DNA from: a virus
Taxonomy: Duplodnaviria > Heunggongvirae > Uroviricota > Caudoviricetes
Strand: one strand, 5' to 3'
IMG/VR virus record: IMGVR_UViG_2695420724_000001
Span: 1 to 7,391 of that record
Length of the DNA: 7,391 nt
The position numbers and the translations under genes were made by a program. Of the stretch, positions 6,143-7,391 are shown in pieces. Under the pieces are notes generated by a model. It saw only the letters and a list, made by a program, of their open reading frames with translations. It was not told the DNA's origin and ran no database searches. The first letter of the stretch is position 1, and each line of letters begins with the position of its first letter.

Positions 6143-6170
6143 ACCCGGCCTCCATGCCGGGTTTTCTTTT
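6143..6170 (+). terminator. intrinsic terminator (tImm-position) before OL/pL
   Basis: 7-bp stem ACCCGGC/GCCGGGT, 6-nt loop CTCCAT, followed by TTTTCTTTT. Confidence 0.75.
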
Positions 6171-6295
6171 CCTCTCGCCCAAAAAAAACACATAACCAAT
6201 TGTATTTATTGGAAAATAAATAGATACAACTCACTAAACAACGCAATTCTGATCTCTCCTTACATCGCCGAGGCAATACACCCACGCTAAAAAAC

Positions 6296-6380
6296 AATAC
6301 TATTAAATACAAAGCGTTGTAAAAAACCGCCCCGTTTTAGAACAAATTGTATTGACCAAGTGAAGTACATATCGTACTAT
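6296..6380 (+). promoter_or_regulatory. OL/pL region: candidate pL (-35 TTGACC 6352-6357, 17-bp spacer, -10 TACTAT 6375-6380) with operator-like dyads
   Basis: Perfect palindrome TACAAAGCGTTGTA (6308-6321); dyad AGTAC-N5-GTACT (6364-6378) overlapping the -10; AATACA-type half-sites at 6275, 6306 and (inverted) 6201 and 6348. A 15-mer here matches the OR site 4076-4090 at 13 of 15 positions on the opposite strand. Confidence 0.5.
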
Positions 6381-6426
6381 TTAACCATCAGCAGGACGCT
6401 GGAAGCCAAATGGAACAGACTGGCAG

Positions 6427-6471
6427 GCTCTTTAAACAACGTCGACTCTCGACTACGTGGCTGAAAAGCCA
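6427..6471 (+). promoter_or_regulatory. nutL-like site: boxA (6427-6439, GCTCTTTAAACAA), short hairpin, boxB hairpin (6458-6471, TGGCT-GAAA-AGCCA)
   Basis: Same order and spacing as the nutR candidate, including a TACG immediately before boxB. Located between the pL candidate and the N start. Confidence 0.6.
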
Positions 6472-6569
6472 GATCACCCAACCACATAAGCTGTGGGATG
6501 CAATGCCGAAGCAACCGTCTCAGGAGGAGCTTCGAGATTGCATCGCCAAAGTTTATTCGGGAGGAATCT

Positions 6570-6842
6570 ATGTCCAGAAAAACAGAATTTAAAGGCACCG
6601 CAGCTTCTCGCCGTAGAGCTCGTCGCGCAAACCTGCAAAGTCAGGAGGCGATTAGCTCCGACAAACTACACAGGCCAACCCCATCACGAGTGGTCTTACA
6701 ATGCAAACGCAAACCAGCAATGAGAGCAGAAGTAATAACACTGACAACGTTGACCAGAAAATATGAAGGCTCAACTTGTCTTCCAAATGTAGCTCTTTAC
6801 GCGGCAGGCTACCATAAATCCAAACAACTGACAGCAAGATGA
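6570..6842 (+). CDS. N: N-type transcription antiterminator (90 aa from ATG 6570)
   Basis: Arg-rich motif GTAASRRRARRANLQ near the N-terminus. C-terminus ...LPNVALYAAGYHKSKQLTAR resembles recalled P22 gene 24 protein (...LPGVALYAAGHRKSKQITAR). Strong SD GGGAGGAA 6559-6566. The track ORF begins upstream at 6498, but the internal ATG has the RBS. Confidence 0.8.
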   Translation: MSRKTEFKGTAASRRRARRANLQSQEAISSDKLHRPTPSRVVLQCKRKPAMRAEVITLTTLTRKYEGSTCLPNVALYAAGYHKSKQLTAR

Positions 6843-6900
6843 CTTGTGTTGGTCGCCAGAAAATGAAATTAGGCAGCAAACCACTTATTTGAGGTGATAT

Positions 6901-7152
6901 ATGGAATTTCATGAAAGTGCGATTTGTGATTTTCGCGCTAACGCAAATTCAGTAAAACCACAGCCAATTGCAGTTCTTTTAAAAACAATGGGTGCGTGGG
7001 CTGTTTTATGCTTCGCCGCTGACGACACTGACGCAAGAATGGCAATAGGACAAGAGATGGAGATGGACCCGACAAACGATGAATTCATAATTTATGGCGC
7101 TCCATCTAATTACTTACTTGATACCTGCAACATTTACAACAAGGCTGCCTGA
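6901..7152 (+). CDS. hypothetical protein (83 aa) downstream of N
   Basis: ORF with SD GAGGTGA 6 nt before ATG 6901. No family recognised. Confidence 0.55.
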   Translation: MEFHESAICDFRANANSVKPQPIAVLLKTMGAWAVLCFAADDTDARMAIGQEMEMDPTNDEFIIYGAPSNYLLDTCNIYNKAA

Positions 7153-7198
7153 TGGTGGCCTTTATTTTTGGCATAAACAACAGAATAAACACAGCACT

Positions 7199-7226
7199 GT
7201 GTATTCATTCCAACGAGTGAATACAC
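7199..7226. repeat. perfect 9-bp inverted repeat GTGTATTCA-N10-TGAATACAC
   Basis: Exact reverse-complement arms directly visible. The arms contain the AATACAC half-site motif that is enriched in OR and OL. Confidence 0.6.
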
Positions 7227-7288
7227 GGAGCAATGTCGCTCGTAACTGAACAGGAGCCGACTTGTTCTGATTATTGGAAATCTTCTTT

Positions 7289-7312
7289 GCCCTCCAGTGT
7301 GAGGGCTTTTTT
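7289..7312 (+). terminator. intrinsic terminator (tL1-position)
   Basis: Stem GCCCTC/GAGGGC with loop CAGTGT, followed by TTTTTT. Confidence 0.7.
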
Positions 7313-7378
7313 ATATGCATACCAATAACGCTTCACTCGAGGCGTTTTCGTTATGCAATCAAATATAAGGAGTTACCC

Positions 7379-7391
7379 ATGATGCACTTTC
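7379..7391 (+). CDS. 5' end of a downstream gene (MMHF...), continues beyond the window
   Basis: AAGGAG SD (7367-7372) 6 nt before ATG 7379. Only 4 codons are in the window. Confidence 0.4.

Noticed and set aside
6084-6290. 68-aa + strand ORF
   Set aside because: It runs straight through the intrinsic terminator hairpin at 6143-6170 and into the OL region, so is unlikely to be translated.
6498-6569. Upstream extension of N in the track (start at 6498)
   Set aside because: The strong SD GGGAGGAA sits directly before the internal ATG at 6570, and the Arg-rich motif then lies near the N-terminus as expected for N proteins.
6410-6592. 60-aa + strand ORF upstream of N
   Set aside because: It spans the nutL boxA and boxB elements and the N ribosome-binding site, so it lies in what should be the untranslated pL leader. 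Most likely a chance ORF.
6377-6912. ORFs 6377..6598 (-), 6493..6723 (+) and 6652..6912 (-)
   Set aside because: Antisense to or out of frame with the pL leader and N; no RBS; inconsistent with the operon layout.
7142-7169. Possible weak terminator after the 83-aa ORF (AGGC...GCCT followed by TTATTTTT)
   Set aside because: The stem is only 4 bp with a 12-nt loop, too weak to call. The convincing terminator is at 7289-7312.
7233-7328. 31-codon ORF starting at ATG 7233
   Set aside because: The SD-like GGAG is only 2 nt from the ATG, and the ORF reads through the terminator hairpin. Probably not translated.
1-7391. CRISPR arrays, tRNA/rRNA genes, IS elements or integrase, Chi sites
   Set aside because: No direct-repeat/spacer periodicity, no cloverleaf-like or rRNA-like sequence, no transposase-sized ORF or terminal inverted repeats, and no GCTGGTGG or its complement found on visual scanning.

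Overview
This window is the early-regulatory and replication region of a lambdoid (lambda-like) prophage or phage, lying in reverse orientation to the conventional lambda map. Reading the + strand: on the - strand, the 5' end of ninG (interrupted by an in-frame TGA), ninF, ninE, ninB, two unrecognised small ORFs, a tR2-position terminator, ren, P, O (with the ori-lambda iterons inside it), cII and a 434-type HTH Cro; then the OR operator/promoter region; then on the + strand a cI repressor, a ~1.5 kb non-lambda insert where lambda carries rexA/rexB, OL/pL, nutL, an N antiterminator, an unknown 83-aa ORF, a terminator and the start of a further gene. Protein identifications rest on recall of lambda and P22 sequences, not on a database search. 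The region is mosaic: O, P, ren, ninE/ninF and the C-terminal domain of CI look lambda-like, whereas the DNA-binding half of CI, Cro, the N-terminal part of CII, the operators, the nut sites and N (P22 gene 24-like C-terminus) are of a different immunity type. The most interesting part is the rex-position insert (4818-6170): a ~370 bp apparently non-coding stretch ending in a strong intrinsic terminator, then a dyad-overlapped promoter driving an unrecognised acidic 173-aa protein, a 300-nt trailer and a second intrinsic terminator. By position this is a candidate lysogen-expressed exclusion or defence module, but its function is not established from sequence. No tRNA, rRNA, CRISPR array or IS element was seen.
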